From positions 6,939 to 70,938 of the IMG/VR virus record IMGVR_UViG_2700989400_000004: DNA of 64,000 nucleotides, one strand, 5' to 3'. Position 1 is the first letter of the stretch. Every line of letters starts with the position of its first letter. Source of the stretch: a virus. Its lineage: Duplodnaviria; Heunggongvirae; Uroviricota; Caudoviricetes. Positions 48,603 to 58,025 of this stretch are shown here, piece by piece. Position numbers and translations under genes: made by a program. The notes beneath the pieces were generated by a model. That model saw only the letters and a program-made list of their open reading frames with translations, was not told where the DNA came from and searched no databases.

Positions 48603-49091
48603 TTAGTCATTATTTGCACCTCTTGCGTATAGCTCTTTACGTGTTATCTGCGTGAAAATACATTCATGTTTGCACCGTGGATGCCAGATCAAGAACAAGC
48701 TCCCTTTATTGTTTCCGCTTGCTGGCTTACCCGTCGCAGCATTAATAAACGCCAGCCGCCCGCGCGTGATTAAGCGACATTCGCTTGCCGTCTCCAGGCC
48801 GTTCATAAACCAGTTAACAGAGATATCAGCGGGCAACAACATTACACAGCCAATATGATTTCGGTGATGTTCCATCGCTGCCTTATCTACGAATGGCCCC
48901 GGATTCGAATATGGCGGATTAAGCCAGACATATTCACCAGGCATTGCTACCGCTCCCCACGGATAATGGAGTGTGTCCATCTCTTCGGTTATATATCGCG
49001 GAACTAATGCGTTTGCCTTGTTTGCCGCCACATCCGCGACGAATTCGAATTCACGGTCCATTCCTCTAAAACGGGTTTTGGCGTTTGCCAT
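48603..49091 (-). CDS. phage-type DNA N6-adenine methyltransferase (Dam-like)
   Basis: …EYVWLNPPYS… catalytic NPPY motif in a ~160-aa phage Dam-type protein. Confidence 0.6.
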   Translation of the reverse strand: MANAKTRFRGMDREFEFVADVAANKANALVPRYITEEMDTLHYPWGAVAMPGEYVWLNPPYSNPGPFVDKAAMEHHRNHIGCVMLLPADISVNWFMNGLETASECRLITRGRLAFINAATGKPASGNNKGSLFLIWHPRCKHECIFTQITRKELYARGANND

Positions 49092-50120
49092 AAGTCCTTT
49101 ATTTCTTTTGGCGTATGGCTTCCGCCGTAATCATTTTTCATTACGCCCCCTTAGAAATAATCCTGATCTGCTCCCCAGCGGTTATTCAGATATCCCACCA
49201 ACCACACAAAACGCTCAATACTGATTAGCGGGGCGACCTTGCGATAATGCTTATCTAATATCAGCCGCGTGGCTTTATCGCTATATCCGTTTCTTTCTAC
49301 CTCTGCTTTGCAGGCAGAAAGCGCCGCGCGTGCGGCAGTTTTTACGGCGTTGAATTGCGGCTCTGACAGGTTGAATAAAGCCATATAATCACCACGGATC
49401 ATCTCAATAAGTCGAGGCCACCCAGAAAAAACCCACGAAAACACTAAAAGCGAATAGCACGCGTATACCCAAAAGCAATTCCGCCCACGACTGAACATCA
49501 GGAAGCGACCATGTGATAAACATTGCGCCGACGATCAGGACGGCAATAACAACGGCGCACGCCAGGAAAAATAAAAGCGCGGCTGAAAGCCACGCCCCAA
49601 AAAAGTGAAACACTTCTCTTAACATTTAAACGTCCTCAATTACCCCGCCTTTCACGCGTTCTTTAATATCCCATACGTGAGGCTTACACATTTCTTGATA
49701 ATAGTGATCCGGCCTGCTGCCGAAATACCATTTGCCATCCATATAAAAATAAACGCCCGAAAAATTACCAGGTGCGGCCTTTGTTGCTGCTTCTGGAATT
49801 TTCCATTCTCTGTAGTGTTTAAACTTCATACATTAACACCGCCTTTTTAAGTTCGCTTAATTCAAAGTGCATCAAGCGAAAATGCTGTACACCGCCAACA
49901 ATACTGACCTGATAAATATCACCAACGCAGTTATAGTAATAACAACCCAATTGACCGATTCCGGCTAATTTAGCGTTATCCGGTATCATGTATTCGCCAA
50001 CCTTTTTCATATTCAGCCTCACAAATATTTTTCAATCACCCAGCGGAGAAACAAACCAACCGCCACGATCCCCCAGCAACAAACCATGAAGTAAAACTCG
50101 GCCTCATTCGCACTCATTCC

Positions 50121-50658
50121 TTACCTCCCGTGGTTTTCATGATACCCGTACTCGATTTCAGCTTTACGCCTCGCTTCGATCGCTTCATCTATGCTATCTG
50201 AGTAGCATAGATATTTTTTCTTTCCGTCAACGGTAATATAAGATCTCCATTTCTGAGTTAATTTATCCCAATAAACACCCGTGCATCCAGAAGTGTTATT
50301 TTTCTGCTTAGCTCTATTCTTTGCGTTTTCCTGTCTCGTCACTATTCGAAGGTTATCAAGCCTATTATTAAGGCGATTATGTCTATATGGTCTATTTGAT
50401 AGCCTTCCGGGATTGGGCCGTTGTGCATCTCCCATATTATCCTGTGAACGCAATACCTTTTCCCGCAAAACATAAACCCCTGTACCCACCCTCATACAGA
50501 GTACTCCCTGCTACGTCTCCGGCTTTAACCCTGAAACCAGTAGGTTTCTTCCAAATTAGATTGACTCCGTCGTAATAAAACCACTCTCGCCAGTCAATAG
50601 CGTCCATTGTGTTTTCCCTCTTCCCAAGCGAAATACCCGACAAAACCAACCAGAACAA
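50121..50658 (-). pseudogene. HNH-AP2 homing-endonuclease-like gene split by a frameshift
   Basis: 50121..50495 carries HNH (…YRHNRLNNRLDNLRIVTRQEN…) and AP2-like (…GVYWDKLTQKWRSYITVDGKKKYLCYSD…) motifs; the N-terminal-like part is in another frame (50437..50658). Confidence 0.4.
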
Positions 50659-52617
50659 TCAACCAGCAAGCCAGGATTAAATCAATCAGCCACATGATTA
50701 AGCCTCCATAACCGCGTAATCGAAGCGCCCTAAATACATCTCGATGCCGATCATCTCGACGCCCTGGACGTCCGCGCCCCATACAGTTACGTGATAAGCG
50801 TCCTCCCGCCATTGTTCATGGCTTAGCACTTCGTTTGCTGGATATTTCCGCCCCGCGACGTAAGCGCCCGGACCTACGCCACCTTCTACGCAATACAGCA
50901 TGATCTGGTTTTCCATATCGCACCTCGTTAATAGCAAACTGCGTACATACAGATCCCGTTGTTAAAGGCTTTGATGATCATGTCGATGACCATGTAAACG
51001 AGCATTACAGCCGCCGCTGGGACAAGGATCGCGAATAGTCCGCCTAACGTGCGCTCAATAATGAAATGCGGGTTTACTTTGCTTTTGTGGTTACGTTCAA
51101 AGTTTGTCATCTTCCCGCCCTCCGTGCTGTATACCTTTCGACTTCAGTTTACAAAACGGATACAGCGGGACAATACAAAATGTATATTTATGTGATCGGT
51201 ATCACGCGATTAATGCAGTACACGTTTTTCCGGGTGAGGCATTGGCTGTGCACGTTTCCGCGCTTCATTCAGCACTGACGCCACCGCCCGGACGCCAAAA
51301 TCATTAGCCCGCATATCATTGCCGACCATCTCGCCATAAATAAGCGGCATAAATTGCCTTGCGTTATCCTCGATGTGTCCATTTTCAACCGCTTTCTGAA
51401 GTACGCCAGCCTCAAGGATATCGCGCATCAGTTCACGGATTGTATATAATGAAGCACTACCCATCGCCCCTTCGCCCAGCGGGACAATCACCGCGCTACC
51501 ATATGCAAGCGGATCCAGTTCTTCCGGTACTGGTACACGTCCAAAATCTTCTTCCATGCGTTTTACGAAAGTAAGGCAGAAGACGTAACGCGCTACCGAT
51601 GTTTTCTCTTCCGCATTCAAAGATACGTAATCGCGCATTGACGCATCCATTACAAGATCAGCAATTTGTAGCGCCAGGTTTAAATCCCCGTCATACACGC
51701 CCGCGTCCATATCTTTAATGACTTCGTGGTAGTTCTTTGTTTCCACTTCATGAAAACATGCGTCCTCTGTGTAGCGAGTGATTAACATGCCTTCGCTGCC
51801 AAGTGAATAAGCTGTTTTGATGTCGTTCATGATATTTATCCTTATAACGGGTGATGCCATCGCATTTCAGTTTCTGAATTAAACGGGATACCTTCGCTTG
51901 AAAGGAATAAATCACGCTCCCGTTTCAGTTCTTCCGGGCTTATTTCTATTTCATCAATCTGACCGAACGATCCCGGCATCATTCTTTTTAAATCAGATAG
52001 CGGACGCATAAGGCCGCAACCGCGTAACAGCATATCGACCGCGAATTGTCTACGTCCGGCGGCGTCATTAAAGCGCCGTGCCCAGGGCACAACCACGATC
52101 CGGCGTTCGAATTCGATAAATAGTGATAGCTTGTTTGTTTCGCTATCATATGCTTTATGGAATTTAATTTTCATTTAACACCTCGACGTATTGCTCAAGA
52201 TGCCATTTACCCACCTCGTCGTCTTCTTCATCAAATAATGTTACTTGACCCCCTGGCCCGAAAGAAAAGGCAGCGACAATAAATTTATAGCCATACCACG
52301 TGCGGATCTTTTCGCCGCCTTTCAGGTCTTTAACTTTCACTAATTTTATAGCCATACGCCAAACATCCCATTCAATCCGGCGAACAACTGCCGCCAGTGG
52401 TCTTCAACATAAGCCCGGAAAGGCTTAACGCGAACATTGCGGGCCTTCAGCGTGATACTGTCAAAATAACGCGGCTCGATCAGCGTACCATCAAGGTATT
52501 GAACGAGGATCGGGCGCTCAAAGTCGCTACATGTTTTATTCAGCACGACCAGACCGGGGTCACTACGATATGCGGGCAAAACAACGAGATCACCCGCCTT
52601 TGCATCCCATAACATCA

Positions 52618-52737
52618 TCACATCACCCCTTTACCAATAAGGCCAATCACCGCCGCCAGTGCGCCACAAAAGACAACCGTAAACAGGAAGCAAATAACGC
52701 AAAACGCGACCGTTACAATATCCTTACTGACTTTCAT
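52618..52737 (-). CDS. micro-protein, single TM helix (39 aa)
   Basis: MKVSKDIVTVAFCVICFLFTVVFCGALAAVIGLIGKGVM; GAGG SD; stop overlaps next start. Confidence 0.3.
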   Translation of the reverse strand: MKVSKDIVTVAFCVICFLFTVVFCGALAAVIGLIGKGVM

Positions 52738-52745
52738 AATTAGCC

Positions 52746-52859
52746 TCACATATTAGTAATCAGTTTGATGATCGCCACCGTAATATAAAGCGATACGCTG
52801 AGATACAGCACCGCCACCGCTACCGCCGCCAGCAATGCGGCAATTTTTGCGAGATTCAT
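52746..52859 (-). CDS. micro-protein, single TM helix (37 aa)
   Basis: MNLAKIAALLAAVAVAVLYLSVSLYITVAIIKLITNM; strong GGAGGG SD; ATGA overlap with upstream stop. Confidence 0.3.
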   Translation of the reverse strand: MNLAKIAALLAAVAVAVLYLSVSLYITVAIIKLITNM

Positions 52860-53388
52860 TTGCCACCCTCCGCTATGAATTTATCAAGCCATTTATTATT
52901 CGCCAGGCGTTCGGCATCTTCGCCAAATGATTTACGGTCGCTTAATTCCTGGCGCGTTGGAAAATTCCAGTGGTCATGCCAACCCGCAGACGTTTCGAAT
53001 TCATATAAGCCGCCGCTAAAAGTAACAAGCTCGTCAGCACCGTCGGGTATTTCTTTATCGACTTCTTTATCTTCGATCATGATTGACACCTCATTAATCG
53101 TTAATAACCTGGCCCATACGCCCGCGATATTTGCGCATACGTGGATCGACATATTCAGGCCAATGCATATCCTGTTTTCTTTGCAGTGGGTAAAAACTTG
53201 CCTGCCAGTTGTCGAACCATATTTGCTTTGCGTACAGGTCACTAAATCTTTTCGCCATCCGTTCAGCCGAACTACCAGCAATAAAAAACCCGCGATCGAT
53301 TTGATCACGGGCTTCTTTCAATACTTGCTCTTTTGTTCGTGGTGGCGGCGGCGGTTTTAAATAATCGCCCATCACTAACCTATCGATT

Positions 53389-53802
53389 CTAAAACGGGAT
53401 ATCTGGATCGAAATCATCCGGCGGCGGATAGTTTCCATTATTGTTTTGCGGTTGCGCTTTCTGCTGCTGGCCTTGCTGCTGGCCCTGTTGGTTAACGTTC
53501 ATGAATTCAAACTCACTAACCACCACTTCTACCGCAGTCCCCTTCGTGCCGTCATTCCGGTCATATTGCCGAACATCCAGGCGACCGCTTACAACAATTT
53601 TTCCACCCTTGCGGATATGTGGCGCTAATTTTTCCGCACGCTCACCAAATACCAGACAAGTGATCCACATTACCCGCTTATTATCACCGTAGCCATTCGT
53701 TACAGCTAACGGGAAGTTACCGATCGCTTTACCGTTTTGCGTGTAGCGGACTTCCATGTCATTTCCGATATTCCCGCCCAGCGTAATTGAATTTAAACTC
53801 AT
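53389..53802 (-). CDS. ssb: single-stranded DNA-binding protein
   Basis: OB-fold N-terminus, Gln/Gly-rich linker and acidic C-terminal tail …DDFDPDIPF. Confidence 0.85.
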   Translation of the reverse strand: MSLNSITLGGNIGNDMEVRYTQNGKAIGNFPLAVTNGYGDNKRVMWITCLVFGERAEKLAPHIRKGGKIVVSGRLDVRQYDRNDGTKGTAVEVVVSEFEFMNVNQQGQQQGQQQKAQPQNNNGNYPPPDDFDPDIPF

Positions 53803-54443
53803 TAACCCATCTCCCCGTTAAGCTCTGATTTTCTGATCTGGTATACGTCGCTTGCTTTCTGTCGTTGCTCTGAATTTTCAGGTAATAACTTCCAGCATTT
53901 AGCAAAAATATCTTTAAGCGCTTTTTCGTCCGGCGCTTTCGATGCTGCATCACAGAAACGCGCTAATACTTCATCAGGATTTGGCGGCGCTTTCGGCTGC
54001 TGTGGTTGTTGTTTTGGCGGGTTTTTCTGCTGTCGCGGCTGTTGTCCTGTCTGCTTAGCGTAAGCATCAGTATCTAAATCTTTCGCGTCATCAATACAGA
54101 ACAAGCCGTTTAAAGCATATTTTCGCGCGTAACTTGATGTCGCCCCTGTTAACTGGCCCGCCGTCATGCCCTTTTGCTCTTTTTCCTCCCTGGCGAACGC
54201 AGTAGCTGAGATTGAATCTTCACCGTCGCTTAGTGTCGCCGTAGCTTTCACATAATAGCGATCACCAATCAGGACAATTTCATCACTAACCATTAATGTG
54301 ACGTTTTGAAGCAGTGGCTTGACAGCCTCTAAAATATCCTCAGCCGACCTATAGCTATAGCCACCGAATTTATTGTATTGCCCTTTTGGCGCGTTCAGTG
54401 TTTGCTGAATCGTCCACAGTTTTTTGTGTAACTCTGTTTTCAC
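53802..54443 (-). CDS. erf: ERF-family single-strand annealing recombinase
   Basis: …FGGYSYRSAEDILEAVKPLL…SDEIVLIGDRYYVKATATLSDGEDS…GATSSYARKYALNGLF… matches P22 Erf-type proteins; GTG start with AAGGAG SD. Confidence 0.75.
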   Translation of the reverse strand: MKTELHKKLWTIQQTLNAPKGQYNKFGGYSYRSAEDILEAVKPLLQNVTLMVSDEIVLIGDRYYVKATATLSDGEDSISATAFAREEKEQKGMTAGQLTGATSSYARKYALNGLFCIDDAKDLDTDAYAKQTGQQPRQQKNPPKQQPQQPKAPPNPDEVLARFCDAASKAPDEKALKDIFAKCWKLLPENSEQRQKASDVYQIRKSELNGEMG

Positions 54444-54592
54444 TATTTGATCTCCTTCGCTGTTAACACTACGTATAAGGCTTTATTCGCGGCGCTCCAC
54501 ATTTCGGCATCGTGAAGCATTTCCGCTACTGCCAGTTTGAATTGAAGCGCCTGAATAACCATAATGTCACCTCCGATTGTATACATTTTGTA

Positions 54593-54883
54593 TTAATGGT
54601 ATCGAACTTTATCTAACGGGATCTCCCAAAGCTGGCGCGGCTGCGTTGCGTGGAAGTAGTTGCCGCTTTCATTTTCCTGATACCATTTTGTCGCGCCCTT
54701 GCGACGTTCTTTAACGCTATTTGATTTGCATCTTTCCTCATTTGCAAAGCGAATAGCTTTTTCCACTTTATCAATCTTCTGTATGTGCGGGCCTTCGTCT
54801 TGTTCGGCTGCCCGCTTCATCCGGCGGCGCTTCCGTGCATTTAATTTGCTCTCACAGTTACCGTAAATGATCTTCGCATTCAT
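54593..54883 (-). CDS. putative N-like antitermination protein (arginine-rich motif)
   Basis: First gene of the leftward operon after the repressor; ARM-like RKRRRMKRAAEQ; AAGGAG SD. Confidence 0.35.
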   Translation of the reverse strand: MNAKIIYGNCESKLNARKRRRMKRAAEQDEGPHIQKIDKVEKAIRFANEERCKSNSVKERRKGATKWYQENESGNYFHATQPRQLWEIPLDKVRYH

Positions 54884-55321
54884 AATCTTTTCTCCTTAGT
54901 TAAAATCATGTTTGCTACATTTCAGTAGCGACCAGATTGTTAAAGAGAATGGCTTAACATCGTTCAACTAATCCCGCAATCATCGCCGTTTCCGGTGTGA
55001 CACCACTCAATCCAAGTGATCTGACTCGTCGCCTTGCGTGCGGTTTCGTGGGGGATGTAACGCTTTAAACACCCCATGCGCCTTGTTATCAGTGCCGCTT
55101 TCGGTCCCACATCGGGGAGTTACTCCACGGTTGACAAGGTGTTAAGCCTGATTTTTAAAGTGCCTGGAAGGTGTTTTTGTTTCCTGTCTCCTTCCTTTGA
55201 CTCGCAATATACGCCCTGTGATATGTCGAGTCAATCCATTTTGTATACTTTTTTAAAATATTTTCTATCTCATTGATATTTAAATGATAAAACCCGTTCT
55301 CGGTTTACATTTTGGTGCTTT

Positions 55322-55348
55322 CTGGGCAAAGAAAAGCCGCCATCCGGC
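55322..55348 (-). terminator. intrinsic terminator after repressor gene
   Basis: GCCGCC-ATCC-GGCGGC hairpin with T-run on minus strand, 10 nt after repressor stop. Confidence 0.45.
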
Positions 55349-55357
55349 GGCTAATGT

Positions 55358-56005
55358 TTATGGCAGATTTACGATCTTCGCGTCCACCACCACGCCAATA
55401 ATTTTTGATTCAGGATTTAGCGGGATTGGTGGATACAACGGATTAAGCGAACGTAAAAGCCTTTGACCTCCATCAATAATCAACTGTTTAAACGTCGGCG
55501 TTTGCCCTTCCTCCAATTGGGCTATAACCAGTTTGCCGTCAATAGCTGGCGCGTGTGGATCAACAAGTATCATCGTTCCCGCCGGGATGCTCAATCCTTG
55601 CGGCGCGTTCATCGATTCACCTTTTGCAACCAGCCAATAACTATCATCCGAACAAATCACGCTAGTGTTAACGTGCGGTAATGATGCGCGTTTTGCTTCT
55701 TCCATGTAGTTTCCTGCGTCTTTCCAGTCAATCACCGGATAACGCCCTACGTCGAGCGGTGGCGCTCCCGGCAGTGTATTAGAAAGTGAATCATCAATAA
55801 CCATCCCATCATGTGTGACCGTAAACTGCCGACGACCAAGCGCCCGCATGATCCGCGCAATATCTTCCAGGTTAGGCTCACGACGACCATTTAGCCAGTG
55901 TGATAAGCCGCCCTTTGTGATCCCCATGAGATCCGCCAATGAATCCTGGCTCATACCTTGCGCCCGCATGAGTTGTTTAGCTAAGTCATACCATTTTGTT
56001 TTCAT
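55358..56005 (-). CDS. cI-like repressor (HTH + LexA-type S24 peptidase domain)
   Basis: N-terminal HTH (…QDSLADLMGITKGGLSHWLNGRREP…) and C-terminal autocleavage domain (…VAKGESMNAP…AGTMILVD…); divergent from replication operon. Confidence 0.8.
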   Translation of the reverse strand: MKTKWYDLAKQLMRAQGMSQDSLADLMGITKGGLSHWLNGRREPNLEDIARIMRALGRRQFTVTHDGMVIDDSLSNTLPGAPPLDVGRYPVIDWKDAGNYMEEAKRASLPHVNTSVICSDDSYWLVAKGESMNAPQGLSIPAGTMILVDPHAPAIDGKLVIAQLEEGQTPTFKQLIIDGGQRLLRSLNPLYPPIPLNPESKIIGVVVDAKIVNLP

Positions 56006-56313
56006 GTCGCTACCCTATCGCCCTAAAAAGTTTGATGCAAGTCACAAAATGTATTTTTCAAGTCTTGACCTAAAAACGCCATTCTGTAAACTTGCAGACA
56101 AGGTAAAGCCAGACTTGCAAGGATGCAAGAAAAAAGATAAGGGAATAGCACAAAAAGGCGCATACCTTAAAAGCTCTTTAAAAACCCGGTGTCGCTGCGA
56201 AGCGAAAAACAAATATCACGCAACGGCGGGATCTGTTGAGCGGTCAATCACTGCTATCTAATGCTAATGGGATACCCGCCCGCGCGTTCATTTTAACCAT
56301 AGGAGAAAAATCA
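56006..56313. promoter_or_regulatory. divergent immunity promoter/operator region
   Basis: 308-bp gap between divergent repressor and rightward operon; repeated CTTGCAAG-type palindromic half-sites (56036-56130); no cro-sized ORF found. Confidence 0.5.
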
Positions 56314-56568
56314 ATGAGTATGCACATGATGACTGAAGCCTGGAAAGTGGAACTTAACAGCCCGATTCAAAAACTTGTCTTAATGGCTTTGGCTGAAAAG
56401 GCGGATAACCGCCGCCACGCCAGGGTGTCACACCAAGAAATCGCAAAAATGTGTGAACTTCCTGTAAATACGGTAATGGTTGCTATCGACGGATTAACGC
56501 ACAAAGGATTTATTTGTAACCCTTACCCGGTAAATGACGTTTACCTGGTAATGCTGCCGGAGGAATGA
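56314..56568 (+). CDS. HTH DNA-binding protein, first gene of rightward operon (Cro/CII position)
   Basis: 85 aa from MSMHMMTEAW…; AGGAG SD; HTH-like …HQEIAKMCELPVNTVMVAIDGL…. Confidence 0.5.
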   Translation: MSMHMMTEAWKVELNSPIQKLVLMALAEKADNRRHARVSHQEIAKMCELPVNTVMVAIDGLTHKGFICNPYPVNDVYLVMLPEE

Positions 56569-56571
56569 TCC

Positions 56572-57639
56572 ATGAAGTGGTTTAAGCATGATAGCGATGC
56601 GAACCGCGATGAAAAACTTCAAAACGTTTTGCTCGATTATGGTCTGGAAGGATACGGTCTTTATTGGTACTGCCTCGAACTAATCACTTATGACGTAGAT
56701 CAGCATAATCTCACTTTCGACCTTCGACATGACGCGAGAATCATCGCGCGAAATGTCGGTTCGACTGAAAAACGTGTAGAAGAAATGATGAAATACTTCA
56801 TCGAAATTGGTTTATTTGAATGTTCTCAAGGCCATATAACATGCTTAAAGTTATTGAAAAGGCTGGACCAATCAATGACTTCTAAGAGTGGTTACAGAGC
56901 TGCTATAAATGCAGCAAAAGAACAATTCAAATTAGAAAAGTTAATCAACCCAACGCCAAAAGGTCATGATAGGGTCATGACCGGGTCATGGCAGGGTCAT
57001 GAATTAGAATTAGAAGAAGAATTAGAAGAAGAAATAGAAAAAGATATATACACTTCGTGTATTAGCGAAAATGAACAAAAAACGGTCAATCAGGGGGGTG
57101 ACTTTCAGATAAGCGAAGCCGCCTTGCGTTGTCTGGCTTTCTACAACGAAAAAGCAGGATGCAAATGTCGTGACGCTAAACCATTCATCGAACTACTGAC
57201 AGAAACAAAAACACGTAAGGCATATACGGAGGAAGAGATCACATTAGTAATTGAGTGGGCTTTAACACAATGGCATAGCCGGAGTGGAGTACCTAAGCCT
57301 ATCAACATTTGCCGGGTAACTAAGTTTGATGGGTATCTGGCTGATGCTGAACAATGGCGAAGAGTTACAGCTACTGTTAACGCTGCTGTCGTGGTATCAG
57401 CATTTAACCAGACATTTGACGGCCTGTTACCGCCTGCCGAACTGGATCGGGATTTGGAACGTAAGATCTATGCGTTCACTGACTACCTGAAAGACAAAAG
57501 CATCACTGGCTTTATCGCTTACTTTGAAGCGTTCAAAAACACGGCTTCAGATTTTTACTTCGGCAATGGCTTTACCGCGACACTTGATTTCCTACTTAAA
57601 CCAAAAACGCTACGTGACACGCGCGCGGGCGTTCTTTGA
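56572..57639 (+). CDS. replication initiator / replisome organizer (O-like)
   Basis: N-terminal MKWFKHDSDANRDEKL… typical of phage replisome-organizer N-domains; conserved phage replication C-terminal region; contains iterons. Confidence 0.75.
   Translation: MKWFKHDSDANRDEKLQNVLLDYGLEGYGLYWYCLELITYDVDQHNLTFDLRHDARIIARNVGSTEKRVEEMMKYFIEIGLFECSQGHITCLKLLKRLDQSMTSKSGYRAAINAAKEQFKLEKLINPTPKGHDRVMTGSWQGHELELEEELEEEIEKDIYTSCISENEQKTVNQGGDFQISEAALRCLAFYNEKAGCKCRDAKPFIELLTETKTRKAYTEEEITLVIEWALTQWHSRSGVPKPINICRVTKFDGYLADAEQWRRVTATVNAAVVVSAFNQTFDGLLPPAELDRDLERKIYAFTDYLKDKSITGFIAYFEAFKNTASDFYFGNGFTATLDFLLKPKTLRDTRAGVL
56961..57050 (+). repeat. putative replication origin: four iterons plus AT-rich tract inside O-like gene
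   Basis: GGGTCATG repeated four times at 11-bp spacing (56962-57001), then aattagaattagaagaagaattagaagaagaaatagaaaaag. Confidence 0.6.
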
Positions 57640-57772
57640 CTATCCATTATTACCAAAAAACCAAAATTACCCACAAAACAAGCTCACCAGCGAGCTAAAT
57701 CGCATGGGGTGCTACACTTGCTTACCTTTTTGCGATTAGCTCGTTAGAAAGCGATTGAGGGAGGATTTAGCT

Positions 57773-57874
57773 ATGAACGGTAAACGCATGTTCGCCCTGG
57801 CTTTCGCGATCGCGATGGCTATCGCTGTTAACGTGATGCTGTTCGGCGGGTTGTACCTGCTTGCGCATCCATAA
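57773..57874 (+). CDS. small hydrophobic membrane peptide (33 aa)
   Basis: MNGKRMFALAFAIAMAIAVNVMLFGGLYLLAHP; GAGGGAGG SD; preceded by long imperfect inverted repeat (57691-57743). Confidence 0.4.
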   Translation: MNGKRMFALAFAIAMAIAVNVMLFGGLYLLAHP

Positions 57875-58025
57875 CTACCCAGCCTGATTAAATTCGATTT
57901 TAAGCCACTTTTTAGCGCCACTGACGCAATAAGACACTGCAACATGTGCAAACGTGTTACGCGGTGGGATTTTGCGTTGTAGCGCGTCTGAGGCGTTATA
58001 TAGAAAATTAAGAAAGGAGGTATAT

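Noticed and set aside
55815-56261. 148-aa plus-strand ORF overlapping the repressor gene
   Set aside because: Antisense to the cI-like gene and extends into the operator region; no RBS
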